Origin: an uncultured Actinomycetota bacterium
Lineage (GTDB): Bacteria; Actinomycetota; Actinomycetes; JAHEKZ01
Assembly (NCBI GenBank): GCA_963718235.1
Contig: CAVQYR010000001.1
Coordinates: 224,001-288,000, forward strand
Direction of reading: 5' to 3'
DNA: 64,000 nt
Positions 8,676-19,728 of the stretch are shown piece by piece. Positions within the stretch are counted from its first letter, which is position 1; every line of letters starts with the position of its first letter. The position numbers and the translations under genes are program-made. The notes beneath the pieces were generated by a model, which searched no databases, was not told the DNA's origin, and saw only the letters and a list, made by a program, of their open reading frames with translations.

Positions 8676-10759
8676 CCTCTCCGGGCGCCCTCACGCGTCA
8701 CAGTGACCGTCGGGGACGGGCTCGGCGACGACGTGGTGGGAGTCGGGCTCGGCGACGACGTCGTGGGAGTCGGGCTCGGCGACGACGTGGTGGGGGTCGG
8801 GCTCGGCGACGACGTGGTGGGGGTCGGGCTCGGCGACTTGCTCGGGGACCGGGTAGCGGTGGTCACCGGCGTGGGTGCGGCCGGGAAGGGCAGCACCGGC
8901 TCCCCCTCGAGGGCTCCGGTCATGTAGGCGGCCCAGATCCGGGTCGGGTACTCGGCCCCGGTGAAGACGTCCATGCCGCCCACGCCGTTCAGCGGCGCCT
9001 GCGGGTCGCTCTTCAGGTCGCGGTAGAACATCACCGCCGTCGACAGCTGGGGGGTGTAGCCGACGAACCAGGCGGTCAGTCCCTCGTGGTTGCCCGTCTT
9101 GCCCGCGGCCGGCCGGCCCAGGGCCTGCGCGTTGTAGCCGGTTCCGTTGGAGACGACCTGGGCCAGGCCCGACGTCACCTCGTTGGCGATGTCCGAGGAG
9201 AACGCGTCGACGAACGTGGGGTCCGCGGAGTACAGCACCTCGCCGCTGGCCGAGCGCACCTCCTGCACGCTGTACGGGTCGACCTGCTGGCCCTGGGCGG
9301 CGAAGGTCCCGTAGGCGCCCGCCATCTGGACCGGTGAGGCAGCCACCGGGCCGATGGTCACGAACGGCACCGCCGACAGGTCCAAGGCGTCATCGGGAAT
9401 CCCGGCGGCGACAGCGGCGTCCACGGCGTTCTGCGGCCCCATCTCGACGGCCAGGTTGACGAACGCGGTGTTCACCGAGTTCTCCAGGGCGTACAGCAGG
9501 GGGATCTCACTGCCGTAGCTGGCACCCCCCTGGTTGTAGACGAGGGTCGACGTGCCCGGGATGGTGTACGGGGAGTTGCCGGCGAAGGTGTCCGCGTAGG
9601 TGTACCCGTCCTCCAGGGCCGCGGCCAGGGTGAACGCCTTGAACGTCGAGCCGACCGGCTGCTCGGCCGTCGCGTTGTTGACGAACCGCTTCAGGTAGTC
9701 CTCGCCGCCGTACATCGCCCGCAGCGCACCCGTGCCCGGCTCCACCGACGCCAGCCCGGCCTGGACCCCCTTGACGTCGTACGTCGGGAAGTTGTCCTCG
9801 ACCGCGGCGACCGCCGACTCCTGCGCCTGCTTGTCGAACGTCGTGACGACGGTGAGCCCGCCAGTGTCCAGCCGCTGGTCGCTGAAGCCGAGGTCGTTGA
9901 GCTCGCCCTCGACGTACGACATGAGGTAGCCGTCGGTGCCGTCGAAGGAGTTGCGCGACGTCGGGTCCTCGACCTTGGGCATCCGCGCGGCGTCAGCCTG
10001 CTCCTGGGTGAGCCATCCCTCGGTCACCATGCCCGGAATCACGTAGTCGAGCACCCGCGACTTGAGCGCCGCCTTGGCCTCCTTGCCCTCGGCGGGGTCG
10101 TAGGCGCTGGGCGCGCGGATCAGGGCGGCGAGCACGGCACCCTGCTCGACGCTGAGCTCGGACGCTGGCACATCGAAGTAGGCCTGGCTGGCGGCCTCGA
10201 TGCCGTAGGCACCGCGCCCGAAGTAGATCGTGTTGAGGTAGTCCTCCAGGATCTGCTCCTTGCTCAGCTCGCGGTCGAGCTTGAGCGCGACGATCAGCTC
10301 CTTGACCTTGCGCGACCAGGTGCGGTCCTGGGTCAGGAAGGCGTTGCGCGCGTACTGCTGGGTGATCGTCGAGCCACCCTGGGTGTCCCCCCCGGTGAGG
10401 TTGTTCCAGACCGCACGCCCGATACCGGGCACCGAGATGCCCCGGTTGTCGTAGAAGGAGCGGTCCTCGGCTGCGAGGACCGCGTCCTGGACGTGTTGGG
10501 GAACCTCCGACAACGGGATCGACTGGCGGTTCACCTCGGCGAACGTGCCGAGCTCACGCTTGCCGTCGTCGTAGTAGACGGTGGTGCTCTCCGCCAGCGC
10601 GAGGTCGTTGGGCGCTGGGACGTCGATGGCGATGTACAGGACGACGAAGACCGTGACCAGCGCCATCGCGCCGGCGCCGAAGACGAGAAGCCACTGACGC
10701 CAGGAGGGCAGGAACCGCCGCCACCCGCGCTTGCCGCTGCGGGGATAGTCGATGCCCAC
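8672..10759 (-). CDS. Class A penicillin-binding protein (PBP1A/PonA)
   Basis: AAEDRSF, GGSTITQQY, RKVKE, YLNTIYFG; SxxK (STFK), SxN (SVN), KTG. Confidence 0.95.
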   Translation of the reverse strand: MGIDYPRSGKRGWRRFLPSWRQWLLVFGAGAMALVTVFVVLYIAIDVPAPNDLALAESTTVYYDDGKRELGTFAEVNRQSIPLSEVPQHVQDAVLAAEDRSFYDNRGISVPGIGRAVWNNLTGGDTQGGSTITQQYARNAFLTQDRTWSRKVKELIVALKLDRELSKEQILEDYLNTIYFGRGAYGIEAASQAYFDVPASELSVEQGAVLAALIRAPSAYDPAEGKEAKAALKSRVLDYVIPGMVTEGWLTQEQADAARMPKVEDPTSRNSFDGTDGYLMSYVEGELNDLGFSDQRLDTGGLTVVTTFDKQAQESAVAAVEDNFPTYDVKGVQAGLASVEPGTGALRAMYGGEDYLKRFVNNATAEQPVGSTFKAFTLAAALEDGYTYADTFAGNSPYTIPGTSTLVYNQGGASYGSEIPLLYALENSVNTAFVNLAVEMGPQNAVDAAVAAGIPDDALDLSAVPFVTIGPVAASPVQMAGAYGTFAAQGQQVDPYSVQEVRSASGEVLYSADPTFVDAFSSDIANEVTSGLAQVVSNGTGYNAQALGRPAAGKTGNHEGLTAWFVGYTPQLSTAVMFYRDLKSDPQAPLNGVGGMDVFTGAEYPTRIWAAYMTGALEGEPVLPFPAAPTPVTTATRSPSKSPSPTPTTSSPSPTPTTSSPSPTPTTSSPSPTPTTSSPSPSPTVTVTREGARRG
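8717..8837. repeat. About 4.5 x 27-bp repeat encoding SPSPTPTTS tail of PBP1A
   Basis: CGGGCTCGGCGACGACGTSGTGGGRGT units. Confidence 0.9.
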
Positions 10760-10824
10760 GGACGTCCTCTCGAGTCATGACGGGTTGCGCCGACCGACCA
10801 CCGAGCAGGGCCAGCGGGACATGC

Positions 10825-11238
10825 CTAGCAGGTCGGCGGAGCATCTCCGCGTCGGGCGCGCAGCGCAGGACGAGGCTCGCCATCACCAAGGACGAAGGAG
10901 ACCGTGAGGTGGTTCCACGAGCAGTCGGTGCACACCTCGACCACGTAGACCCGGAACTCCCCATGCTCGGTCGCCATCACCGCCAGCTCACGGGGGTGCT
11001 TGATCCGCCCCTGGTAGGGCCCGAGCTCGTCACCGTAGACGTAGTGGAGCTCGGTGAGCCGGTGCTTGCGACAGACCGGGCACGGCCGCGTGGTCAGCTC
11101 GCCATGATGCAGCGCAGCGCGCAGGAGGTAGGGGTCCGCATCGCACACGTCGGTCGTGCTCGCCGTGCCGCGGAACAGCGCCGCGAGCGTGGCGCGGCGC
11201 TGCAGGGTGTAGTCGGTGACCGACCGCCTGCCCAGCAC
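10825..11238 (-). CDS. DUF5318 family protein
   Basis: DYTLQRRA, DVCDADPYLLRAA, CPVC, VVEVCTDCSWNHL. Confidence 0.88.
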   Translation of the reverse strand: MLGRRSVTDYTLQRRATLAALFRGTASTTDVCDADPYLLRAALHHGELTTRPCPVCRKHRLTELHYVYGDELGPYQGRIKHPRELAVMATEHGEFRVYVVEVCTDCSWNHLTVSFVLGDGEPRPALRARRGDAPPTC

Positions 11239-11320
11239 TCGACCAGCCTAGGGAACGGTCGCCGGCGCGGCAGGTTTGCGTCCCGAGGGGGGTCGGGCTA
11301 TCGTCACGATCGATCGGCTG

Positions 11321-11341
11321 GATGTATCGGCTCGATACATC
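11321..11341. promoter_or_regulatory. Palindromic operator upstream of padR-ino1
   Basis: Perfect inverted repeat GATGTATCG-GCT-CGATACATC, downstream of TATCGT -10-like hexamer (11299-11304). Confidence 0.65.
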
Positions 11342-11380
11342 GGCCAGGCAGTTCGACCCACCGATCGGACAGGGGCAGCC

Positions 11381-11992
11381 ATGAGTCGGCGCAGCGGGGT
11401 GCTCGAGCTCGCCGTCCTCGGCCTGCTCCACGAGTCGCCGATGCACGGCTATGAGCTGCGCAAGCGGCTCAACGCGCTGCTCGGCAGCTTCCGCGCCTTC
11501 AGCTACGGCTCGCTGTACCCCTGCCTGAAGCAGCTGCTCGGCCGCGGGTGGATCACCGAGTCCGACGCCGGCCCCGACGGGGCCCCTGCGTTGTCCGGGC
11601 GTCGGGCCCGGATCGTCTACCAGCTCACCGCCGAGGGCAAGGAGCGCTTTGACGAGATGCTCGCCGAGGCCGGTCCGGCCGCCTGGGAGGACGAGAGCTT
11701 CGGCGTCCACTTCGCCTTCTTCGCCCGAACCGACGCCGACACCCGGCTGAGGATCCTCGAGGGCCGACGCAGCCGGCTCGAGGAGCGTCTCGACAACGTC
11801 CGGGTCGCGGCCACGCGCACCCGCGAGCGGGTCGACAGCTACACCCTTGAACTGCAGCGCCACGGCCTGGAGTCCGTGGAGCGCGAGGTGCGATGGCTCA
11901 ACGAGCTGATCGCCACCGAGCGTGCCAGCACCCCCACGCAGCACGCCGCCCGGGCCGAACGATCCGGCGCCAATGAGAAGAACGAGGAGTAG
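11381..11992 (+). CDS. PadR family transcriptional regulator
   Basis: [23 protein letters not shown]...SYGSLYP; start reassigned to ATG 11381. Confidence 0.93.
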   Translation: MSRRSGVLELAVLGLLHESPMHGYELRKRLNALLGSFRAFSYGSLYPCLKQLLGRGWITESDAGPDGAPALSGRRARIVYQLTAEGKERFDEMLAEAGPAAWEDESFGVHFAFFARTDADTRLRILEGRRSRLEERLDNVRVAATRTRERVDSYTLELQRHGLESVEREVRWLNELIATERASTPTQHAARAERSGANEKNEE

Positions 11993-11996
11993 GTCA

Positions 11997-13067
11997 ATGG
12001 GTTCGGTTCGCGTAGCCATCGCCGGCGTCGGAAACTGCGCCGCGTCGCTTGTCCAGGGCGTCGAGTACTACAAGGACGCCGACGCATCGGCGGCCGTGCC
12101 GGGGCTCATGCACGTCCAGCTCGGGGACTACCACATTAGTGACGTCTCGTTCGTGGCCGCGTTCGACGTCGACGCCAAGAAGGTCGGCCAGGACCTCGCC
12201 CACGCGATCGGTGCCAGCGAGAACAACACCATCAAGATCGCCGACGTGCCACCGACCGGGGTCATGGTCCAGCGCGGAGCGACGCTCGACGGCCTCGGCA
12301 AGTACTACCGCGAGGTCATCACCGAGTCCGACGAGGAGCCGGTCGACGTCGTCGCCGCCCTGCGCGAGGCCAAGGCCGACGTCCTCGTGTGCTACCTGCC
12401 CGTGGGGTCGGAGGACGCGGCGCGCTACTACGCCCAGGCCGCAATCGACGCCGGTGTCGGGTTCGTCAACGCGCTCCCGGTGTTCATCGCCGGCACCAAG
12501 GAGTGGGCCGACAAGTTCACCGCTGCCGGTGTGCCCATCGTCGGTGACGACATCAAGAGCCAGGTCGGCGCGACCATCACCCACCGAGTGCTCGCCAAGC
12601 TGTTCGAGGACCGGGGCGTCGTCCTCGACCGCACCATGCAGCTGAACGTCGGCGGCAACATGGACTTCATGAACATGCTCGAGCGTGAGCGACTGGAGTC
12701 CAAGAAGATCTCCAAGACCCAGGCGGTCACGTCCCAGGTCAGCCACGACCTCGGCAAGCGCAATGTGCACATCGGGCCGAGCGACTACGTCGCCTGGCTG
12801 GACGACCGCAAGTGGGCCTACGTCCGTCTCGAGGGTCGCGCGTTCGGTGACGTGCCGCTGAACCTGGAGTACAAGCTCGAGGTCTGGGACTCGCCCAACT
12901 CCGCGGGCGTCATCATCGACGCCGTCCGGTGCGCCAAGATCGCCCTCGACCGGGGCATCGGCGGCCCGATCCTCTCGGCGTCCAGCTACTTCATGAAGTC
13001 ACCGCCGGTGCAGTACCGCGACGACGAGGCCCGTCAGTCGGTCGAGGACTTCATCGCCGGTCGCTGA
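11997..13067 (+). CDS. ino1: myo-inositol-1-phosphate synthase
   Basis: [45 protein letters not shown]. Confidence 0.97.
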   Translation: MGSVRVAIAGVGNCAASLVQGVEYYKDADASAAVPGLMHVQLGDYHISDVSFVAAFDVDAKKVGQDLAHAIGASENNTIKIADVPPTGVMVQRGATLDGLGKYYREVITESDEEPVDVVAALREAKADVLVCYLPVGSEDAARYYAQAAIDAGVGFVNALPVFIAGTKEWADKFTAAGVPIVGDDIKSQVGATITHRVLAKLFEDRGVVLDRTMQLNVGGNMDFMNMLERERLESKKISKTQAVTSQVSHDLGKRNVHIGPSDYVAWLDDRKWAYVRLEGRAFGDVPLNLEYKLEVWDSPNSAGVIIDAVRCAKIALDRGIGGPILSASSYFMKSPPVQYRDDEARQSVEDFIAGR

Positions 13068-13108
13068 CCTGGCGCCTCGCCCGCAGGTCTCCTGGGTCGT
13101 CCACCGAT

Positions 13109-14266
13109 CTAGCCTGGCTGACGCATCCACAGGGCCACCGTCTGCGGTTCCAGGGTCGTCCCCACGACCGCGAGGAGGTCCTCGCCGACGTGGTGCGGGT
13201 CGACCTGCTGGCGCAGGCGGCTTCCGAAGGCGTCGACCGTCTGGACTGCGTCGTAGCGGGACCGGTTGAACCGACGGTCGACCACGGTCTGCACCCGCCG
13301 GAGCGCGGGTCGGGCGAGGGCTGCCACGGTGAGGGTCGCCGCTGCCACCACCAAGGGCTGCTGGGCGTCCACGAGTCGGGTGGCTGTCGCGACCAGCGCC
13401 GCGTACGTGGCCAGCAGCAGGCCGGTGACCACGGCATAGGACGTCGTCCGGCTGATGATCCGGTCGATGTCGTACAGGTGGTACCTCAGGATCGCGACGC
13501 CGAACGCGGCGGGGATCAGAAGGAACGACAGAAGCGCCGCCGCCTGCAGCGCGACCAGCCACGTCGGGTAGTCCGGCTCGAACCAGTTCGACCGGGTGCT
13601 GTCGAACTGCTGCTGGGCGTCGTAGGCGAACGAGGAGACCAGCGCTAGGCAGTACATGGCGACGATGACGATCGCGGCCGCCGCCAGCCAGCGAATCTGG
13701 GTGCGGGCCAGCGCCGAGGACCGGCGGTACCGGACGACCACCGATCCGACGCTCACCAGCAGGCTGACCGGCAACGCGACGAGCAGGACCGACAGTGGTC
13801 GCGTCCATGCGACGAAGTAGTCGTTCGCAGTCCCCTGTGACGTGACCTGGGACGCAGTCGTGACCACCACCGTCAAGACGACGATCAGCACCGTGCACCA
13901 GCGAGCGAACCACCGCCAGCGGGGCGACGGCAGTGCGCCGTCCGGGTACCGCAGCAGGAGATGAGTGCCCATCAGACCGACCGGAACGACCCAGCCGCCG
14001 TCGAACGGCAGCGAGAGCGCGGCAGCCCACGCGAGGCCGATCAGCAGGAGAAGCCGGCCCTCCACGTGGTCGGGGTAGCGGCGCAGGATCAGCCAACCCA
14101 CGGCCAGGAAGCTGATCGGGAGGGCGAGGATGACGAGCTCCCCCACCGACCGTCCACCGGCAACGACCAGCACCGGGTAGATGCCGAGGGTCACCCCCGC
14201 CAGGACGAGCAGGCCCTGGTTGAAGCGGTCAGCCGAGACGTCCGCATGACGTCGGGGCTTGGGCAT
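13109..14266 (-). CDS. Multi-pass membrane protein resembling a histidine kinase sensor module without kinase domain
   Basis: Many TM segments; YPDGALPSPRWRW, RTQIRWL, AILRYHLYDIDRIISRT, VDRRFNRSRYDA; start uncertain. Confidence 0.7.
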   Translation of the reverse strand: MPKPRRHADVSADRFNQGLLVLAGVTLGIYPVLVVAGGRSVGELVILALPISFLAVGWLILRRYPDHVEGRLLLLIGLAWAAALSLPFDGGWVVPVGLMGTHLLLRYPDGALPSPRWRWFARWCTVLIVVLTVVVTTASQVTSQGTANDYFVAWTRPLSVLLVALPVSLLVSVGSVVVRYRRSSALARTQIRWLAAAAIVIVAMYCLALVSSFAYDAQQQFDSTRSNWFEPDYPTWLVALQAAALLSFLLIPAAFGVAILRYHLYDIDRIISRTTSYAVVTGLLLATYAALVATATRLVDAQQPLVVAAATLTVAALARPALRRVQTVVDRRFNRSRYDAVQTVDAFGSRLRQQVDPHHVGEDLLAVVGTTLEPQTVALWMRQPG

Positions 14267-14390
14267 CACCGGCCAACGTCTCACCCGGTGGAGGGTCTCC
14301 GGCGCACCGTTCCGAAACCGTTACCACAGGGGAGGGCCGCTGAGCCCAGCGAGGCGGTGCTTCGGCGCCGACCACCCCTAGCCTGTCCAG

Positions 14391-15665
14391 GTGCACGAGC
14401 CGACTCGTTCCCTCCCGGGACTGCGCGCCGTGCTCGGGCTGGCCGGCTTTCGCCGGCTGCTGGCGGTACGCCTGGTCGGTCAGTTCGCCGATGGGTTGCT
14501 GCAGGTCGGACTCGCCTCGTTCGTGTTCTTCTCCCCCGAACGTGCCGCGACCCCGGGCCGGGTGGCGCTCGGCTTCGCGGTGCTGCTCCTGCCCTTCTCG
14601 TTGGTCGGGCCGTTCGCGGGAGTTCTGCTCGACCGGTGGTCGCGCCGACAGGTGCTCGTCGTGGCCAACCTGGTGCGGGTCGTCGGAGTCGGTCTGGTCG
14701 CGGCCCTGATCGCCACGGGCCAGGACTCCCTCGCCCTCTACGTCCTCGCGCTGACCATGCTCGGCGTCAACCGGTTCGTCCTGGCCGCACTCGGCGCATC
14801 GCTGCCGCACGTCGTGCCTCCTTCCCTGCTCGTCACGGCCAACGCGGTGGCACCGACTGCCGGAACCGCCATGACCTTCCTGGCGGCCGGCCTGGGGATC
14901 ACCGCCTCGTCGGCCCTGGGCGGTGGCGACGCCGCCGACGCGGTGGTCGTCGCCGGTGCCGCCGTCTCGTGCCTCGGCGCCTCGTCGCTCGCCCTTCGGC
15001 TGGACCGGGCCCAGCTCGGCCCCGACCGCAAGGTCCCGCTGGCCGTGACCCGGGCGGTCCGCGACGTCGTCGACGGCTTTGTCGCCGGGCTCCGCCACGT
15101 CCGCGAACGGACGCCGGCCCGACGTGCCCTGACCGTGATGGCCGGTCACCGGTTCCTGTTCGGTCTGGCCACGGTGCTGTCCATCGTGCTGTTCCGCAAC
15201 ACCTTCCACCCCGACGACCCCGACGCGGCACTGTCGGCACTCGGCCTCTCGCTGGCCTTCGGCGGGGCCGGGGCCGTCACCGGTGCCGTCCTGACCCCCG
15301 GTGCGACTCGACGGATCACGTCGACGGGCTGGGTCTGTGCCCTGCTCGTGGTCGCGGCCGCCGACCTGATCCTGCTGGTCGCCCCGTTCCGCGAGCCGCT
15401 GTTCCTCGTTGCGTCCTTCCTCATCGGTCTGGTCGCCCAGGGGGTCAAGGTCAGCGTCGACGCGATCCTGCAGACCGCCACGGACGACGCGTACCGCGGC
15501 CGGGTGTTCACCCTGTACGACCTGGTGTTCAACGCCACGTTCGTACTGGCCGGACTGCTTGCTGCACTCGTCCTCCCGGCCGACGGCCAGTCGACCGTGC
15601 TGGTCGTGGCGGTCGCTGCCGGCTACGGCCTGCTGGCCGCCTGGTACGCGCGCGACCGCGGATGA
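14391..15665 (+). CDS. MFS transporter
   Basis: GPFAGVLLDRWSRR motif A; DAYRGRVF; many TM segments. Confidence 0.9.
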   Translation: MHEPTRSLPGLRAVLGLAGFRRLLAVRLVGQFADGLLQVGLASFVFFSPERAATPGRVALGFAVLLLPFSLVGPFAGVLLDRWSRRQVLVVANLVRVVGVGLVAALIATGQDSLALYVLALTMLGVNRFVLAALGASLPHVVPPSLLVTANAVAPTAGTAMTFLAAGLGITASSALGGGDAADAVVVAGAAVSCLGASSLALRLDRAQLGPDRKVPLAVTRAVRDVVDGFVAGLRHVRERTPARRALTVMAGHRFLFGLATVLSIVLFRNTFHPDDPDAALSALGLSLAFGGAGAVTGAVLTPGATRRITSTGWVCALLVVAAADLILLVAPFREPLFLVASFLIGLVAQGVKVSVDAILQTATDDAYRGRVFTLYDLVFNATFVLAGLLAALVLPADGQSTVLVVAVAAGYGLLAAWYARDRG

Positions 15666-15668
15666 GGA

Positions 15669-17102
15669 TCAGGCGCCACTGCGTCGCGACCACCACTGCC
15701 GCAGCTCCTCGGCGGCCGCGTCGGTGCCCAGCGGCCCGCGGTCCAGCCGCAGCTCGAGCAGGTAGCGGTAGGCCTCGCCGACGTCGCGCCCGGCAGGGAT
15801 CCCCAGGATCGCCATGATCTGGTTGCCGTCGAGGTCAGGCCGGATCGACGCGAGCTCCTCAGCCTGCTGCAGCTCGTCGATGCGCTCCTCGAGGTGGTCG
15901 TACGCCCGGGCCAGGGCTGCTGCCTTGCGCTGGTTGCGGGTCGTGCAGTCGGCGCGGGTGAGCCGGTGCAGGCGGGGCAGCAGCTCACCGGCGTCTCGGA
16001 CGTACCGACGTACAGCGGAGTCGCTCCACTCACCGTCGGCGTAACCGTGGAAGCGAAGGTGCAGCTCGACCAAGGACGACGTGTCGTCGACCGTGCCCTT
16101 GTCGAATCGCAGCGCCTTCAGCCGCTTGGTCGTCATCCGAGCGCCCACGACCTCGTGATGGTGGAAGGAGACGCCGCCCCCGTCCTCGAACCGTCGGGTT
16201 CGCGGCTTGCCGATGTCGTGCAGCAGCGCAGCGAGCCTCAAGACGAGGTCCGGCGCACCGTCCTCGAGGTCGATGGCCTGCTCCAGCACGGTCAGGGTGT
16301 GCTGGTAGACGTCCTTGTGCCGATGGTGCTCGTCGATCTCCAGGCGCAGCGCCGCCAGCTCCGGCAGCACGTGCTCGACCAGGCCGGTGTCGACCAGCAG
16401 CTCCAACCCTGCGCGTGGGCTCGGTGCCAGCATCAGCTTGACGAGCTCGTCGCGGACCCGCTCGGCCGAGACGATCGCGAGCCGGTCGGCCATCGCTCGC
16501 ATCGCCTCGACGACGCCGGGGTCGACCTCGAACCCCAGCTGCGCCACGAACCGTGCCGCCCGCATCATCCGAAGCGGGTCGTCCTCGAAGGAGTCCTCTG
16601 GACGCCCAGGAGTGCGCAGCAGCCGGCGGGCCAGGTCGCCCAGCCCGTCGTGCGGGTCGACGAACTCCGCACCCGGCAGCCGAAGCGCCATCGCGTTGAC
16701 CGTGAAGTCGCGCCGGGACAGGTCGCCGACCAGTGAGTCCCCGTAGGTGACCTCGGGCTTGCGGGATCCGGGCACGTACTGCTCGGCCCGGTACGTGGTG
16801 ATCTCGCAGGTGTACCCGTCGATCCGGCACCCGATCGTGCCGAAGGCCCGGCCGATGCCCCACACCGCCGTCGCCGGGTCGGCCACGAGGGACTCGACCT
16901 GCTCCGGGTGCGCCGACGTGGCGAAGTCGAGGTCCTCGTCCAGGCGACCCAGCAGCATGTCGCGCACCGACCCGCCCACCAGGGCGAGCTCGTGCCCCTG
17001 TGCCGCGAACCGGCGTCCGAGGTCGTCGGCCACCGGCGAGATCCGCAGCAGCTCGGTCACGGCGCGTTGCTGCAGCCGGGCGGCGTTCTCAGGGGTGGAC
17101 AC
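15669..17102 (-). CDS. cca: CCA tRNA nucleotidyltransferase with HD domain
   Basis: [43 protein letters not shown]; start reassigned to GTG 17102. Confidence 0.93.
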   Translation of the reverse strand: MSTPENAARLQQRAVTELLRISPVADDLGRRFAAQGHELALVGGSVRDMLLGRLDEDLDFATSAHPEQVESLVADPATAVWGIGRAFGTIGCRIDGYTCEITTYRAEQYVPGSRKPEVTYGDSLVGDLSRRDFTVNAMALRLPGAEFVDPHDGLGDLARRLLRTPGRPEDSFEDDPLRMMRAARFVAQLGFEVDPGVVEAMRAMADRLAIVSAERVRDELVKLMLAPSPRAGLELLVDTGLVEHVLPELAALRLEIDEHHRHKDVYQHTLTVLEQAIDLEDGAPDLVLRLAALLHDIGKPRTRRFEDGGGVSFHHHEVVGARMTTKRLKALRFDKGTVDDTSSLVELHLRFHGYADGEWSDSAVRRYVRDAGELLPRLHRLTRADCTTRNQRKAAALARAYDHLEERIDELQQAEELASIRPDLDGNQIMAILGIPAGRDVGEAYRYLLELRLDRGPLGTDAAAEELRQWWSRRSGA

Positions 17103-17218
17103 AACCAGCCACCCTAGGCACCTGCAGTCCTCGTCGGCGCCAACGCGCCGCGACCAAGGACGGTCGGGCGCCACTGTGTGCCACTGGGCGCGACTGGGGG
17201 CTGGCTACCATCGCCGGT

Positions 17219-17686
17219 ATGCCACCGTCTCGCGCCGCCGCCCCTCGGCGACGGTTGCGCACCGTCGAGGAGACCTCGGCCGGGGGTCTGGTCGTCGACC
17301 GCACGACTGCGCAGTGGCAGGCCGCGCTCATCGCCCGCCACGACCGGCGCGGAAGACTCGTCTGGTCGCTGCCCAAGGGGCACCTGGAGGACGGCGAGAC
17401 CGCCGAGCAGGCGGCCGTGCGCGAGGTCGAGGAGGAGACGGGAATCCGCGGCCGGCTCGTGGCGCCGCTCGGGACGATCGACTTCTGGTTCGTGGCCGAG
17501 GACCGAAGAGTGCACAAGACCGTGCACCACTTCCTGCTGGAGGCAGCCACCGGCACGCTCAACGACGACGACGCCGAGGTGGTCGAGGTCGCCTGGGTGC
17601 CCTTGGACGAGCTGGACGGACGACTCGCCTACGCCGACGAGCGGCGTCTCGTCAGCGACGTGGCGAAGCGGTGGGAAGGCGAGTGA
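17219..17686 (+). CDS. NUDIX hydrolase
   Basis: [25 protein letters not shown] Nudix box. Confidence 0.93.
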   Translation: MPPSRAAAPRRRLRTVEETSAGGLVVDRTTAQWQAALIARHDRRGRLVWSLPKGHLEDGETAEQAAVREVEEETGIRGRLVAPLGTIDFWFVAEDRRVHKTVHHFLLEAATGTLNDDDAEVVEVAWVPLDELDGRLAYADERRLVSDVAKRWEGE

Positions 17687-19728
17687 CCCCTCGCCGAAGG
17701 CAGCTCCTTCGATACCTCGTCTTCGTGCTGCTCACCGTGCTCGGCTGCCTGTGGGCCCTCCCGGGTGCGGCAAACGCGCGTCGAGCCGGTCCCCCTGTCG
17801 TTGACCTGCAGCTGTCCGAGCTCGAGCCGGTCACCTTGACCCTCGAGCGCACCCTGCGCCTCGGCGGACAGGTGCAGGTGCTGTCCGGTGCCGAGGTGCG
17901 CGACGCCTCGCTCCGCCTCGAGGTCGCCACCTCGCCGGTCATCGCGCGCAGCGCGCTGGACGAGGTCGTCGCGGACCCGGGCTACACCGTGCCCGTCACC
18001 GACGCGGTGCAGGCGTTGGGTCGCCTGCGCCCCGGCGAGCCGATCGGCTACCGATTGCGCGTGCCGGCCGACACGCTTCCGTTGCAGGTCACCGGTGTGT
18101 ACCCGATCCGCCTGGTCGTGACCGGAGTCGTCGGGGGGGTCTCGACCGAGGTGGCCTCGTTGACCACCCTGCTGCCCTGGTACCCCGCGGGTGACCAGGT
18201 CGCGAAGACCCGGCTGCTGTGGCTGTGGCCAGTCATCGACGGCCCGCACCGTGACTCCGAGGGGCAGTTCACGTCGGACACCCTGGCCGGGTCGATGACG
18301 CCCGGTGGTCGTCTGTCCACGCTGGTCGACGCGGCGGCCGGGCGCCCGGTCACCTGGGTCATCGACCCGGCCGTCCTCGCAGACGCCTCGGCCATGGCCG
18401 ACGGGTACCAGATCCGGGTCGGTGGCGTGTCCCGTCGTGGGCTGCGGGGTGACGACGCACGGCGGTGGCTGCAGGAGCTGAGCGCAGCGTCCTCGCGGCG
18501 CGAGGTCTCCGTGGTGCCGTACGGCGACGTCGACGTGACCAGCGTGCTGGACGCCGACCGGGCCGCCCTCGTGCGTGGCGGCGCCCGATGGGGGGGCGCC
18601 CTGGCGGCGTCGGTGCTGGGGCGGCCCGTCCGCCGTGACCTGGCCTGGCCGGTCGACGGGCAGGCCGACGCCGTCGCCGTGGACCGGATGCCACGGGCCG
18701 CCCAACGCGCCGTCGTGCTCTCCGGTGACGCCGTACCTCCGGTGACGACCCCTGCCTACACCCCGAGCGGCCGGGCGCTGGTGGGCACCCGGCAGGTCGA
18801 CGCACTGCTCACCGACCCCACGCTGGACGAGCTGGTCGCCGACCCGGTCGACGAGCAGCCGATCCTGGCCCGGCAACGGTTCCTCGCCCAGACCCTCCTG
18901 ATCACCGTCGAGCTCCCGGCCCAACCACGCCTCGTGGTCGTGGCACCGCCGCGTCGATGGGCTCCCGACCCGGCCTATGCCAACGACCTCCTCGACTCGA
19001 CGGTGCGCGCCGGGTGGATCCGCCCGGTGACGCTCGACCGGGCCCTGCAGTGGGAGGTCCCCGACCTGGAGCGCGAGCCCGTCTCGGAGACGCCACCGGA
19101 CGACCAGCTCCCGGACACCTACGTCGACCAGGCCAGCCGAGGACGCGTCGACACGATCACGTTCGGGGCGATCCTCACCGAGCCCGTACCCGTCATCCCT
19201 GCCTTCCAGTCGGCCTTCTACTCCTCGGTGTCCACCGCCTGGCGGGTGAACCTCGACGGTGGACAGAGCCTGCTCGACACGGCCAGCTCACGCCTGCTCG
19301 AGCAGCGCGAGAAGGTGCGCATCGTGTCGCGCGGGGGCACGATCACCAGCAACACCGGAAGCCTGCCGATCACCGTCGCGAACGACCTCGACCAGGCGGT
19401 GGTGGCAGGGCTGGACGTGCAGTCCACCGACGGGCTGCGCCTCCAGGTGAGTGCCCCTGACCGGGTCCGCGTACCCGCCGGAGGTCGGGTCAGCGTCAAC
19501 GCCGACGTCCAGGCCTCCACCAGCGGCAACCTGACGGCGACGGCGCAGCTGACCACCCCCCGCGGGGCCCCCTACTCCGCCCCGGTCACCGTCGACGTCC
19601 GCGTTCGTGCCTACGGGCAGGTCGCTCTCATCGTGTTCGGTGGAGCCGCCGCACTCCTCATCCTCGCCGCGCTCGTGCGCGTCACCCGCAGGATCATCGC
19701 GTCGCGCGCAGGTGGCTCCCCGACATGA
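17683..19728 (+). CDS. DUF6049 family secreted/membrane-anchored protein
   Basis: Signal peptide, [23 protein letters not shown]-terminal TM; GTGA overlap with NUDIX; conserved position before murJ. Confidence 0.8.
   Translation: MTPRRRQLLRYLVFVLLTVLGCLWALPGAANARRAGPPVVDLQLSELEPVTLTLERTLRLGGQVQVLSGAEVRDASLRLEVATSPVIARSALDEVVADPGYTVPVTDAVQALGRLRPGEPIGYRLRVPADTLPLQVTGVYPIRLVVTGVVGGVSTEVASLTTLLPWYPAGDQVAKTRLLWLWPVIDGPHRDSEGQFTSDTLAGSMTPGGRLSTLVDAAAGRPVTWVIDPAVLADASAMADGYQIRVGGVSRRGLRGDDARRWLQELSAASSRREVSVVPYGDVDVTSVLDADRAALVRGGARWGGALAASVLGRPVRRDLAWPVDGQADAVAVDRMPRAAQRAVVLSGDAVPPVTTPAYTPSGRALVGTRQVDALLTDPTLDELVADPVDEQPILARQRFLAQTLLITVELPAQPRLVVVAPPRRWAPDPAYANDLLDSTVRAGWIRPVTLDRALQWEVPDLEREPVSETPPDDQLPDTYVDQASRGRVDTITFGAILTEPVPVIPAFQSAFYSSVSTAWRVNLDGGQSLLDTASSRLLEQREKVRIVSRGGTITSNTGSLPITVANDLDQAVVAGLDVQSTDGLRLQVSAPDRVRVPAGGRVSVNADVQASTSGNLTATAQLTTPRGAPYSAPVTVDVRVRAYGQVALIVFGGAAALLILAALVRVTRRIIASRAGGSPT

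Noticed and set aside
8717-8837. 27-bp repeats as a possible CRISPR array
   Set aside because: No spacers, in-frame Pro/Ser/Thr tail, no cas genes
16747-17682. N-terminal extension making DUF6049 a 993-aa protein
   Set aside because: It overlaps cca and NUDIX; the signal peptide and GTGA coupling put the start at 17683
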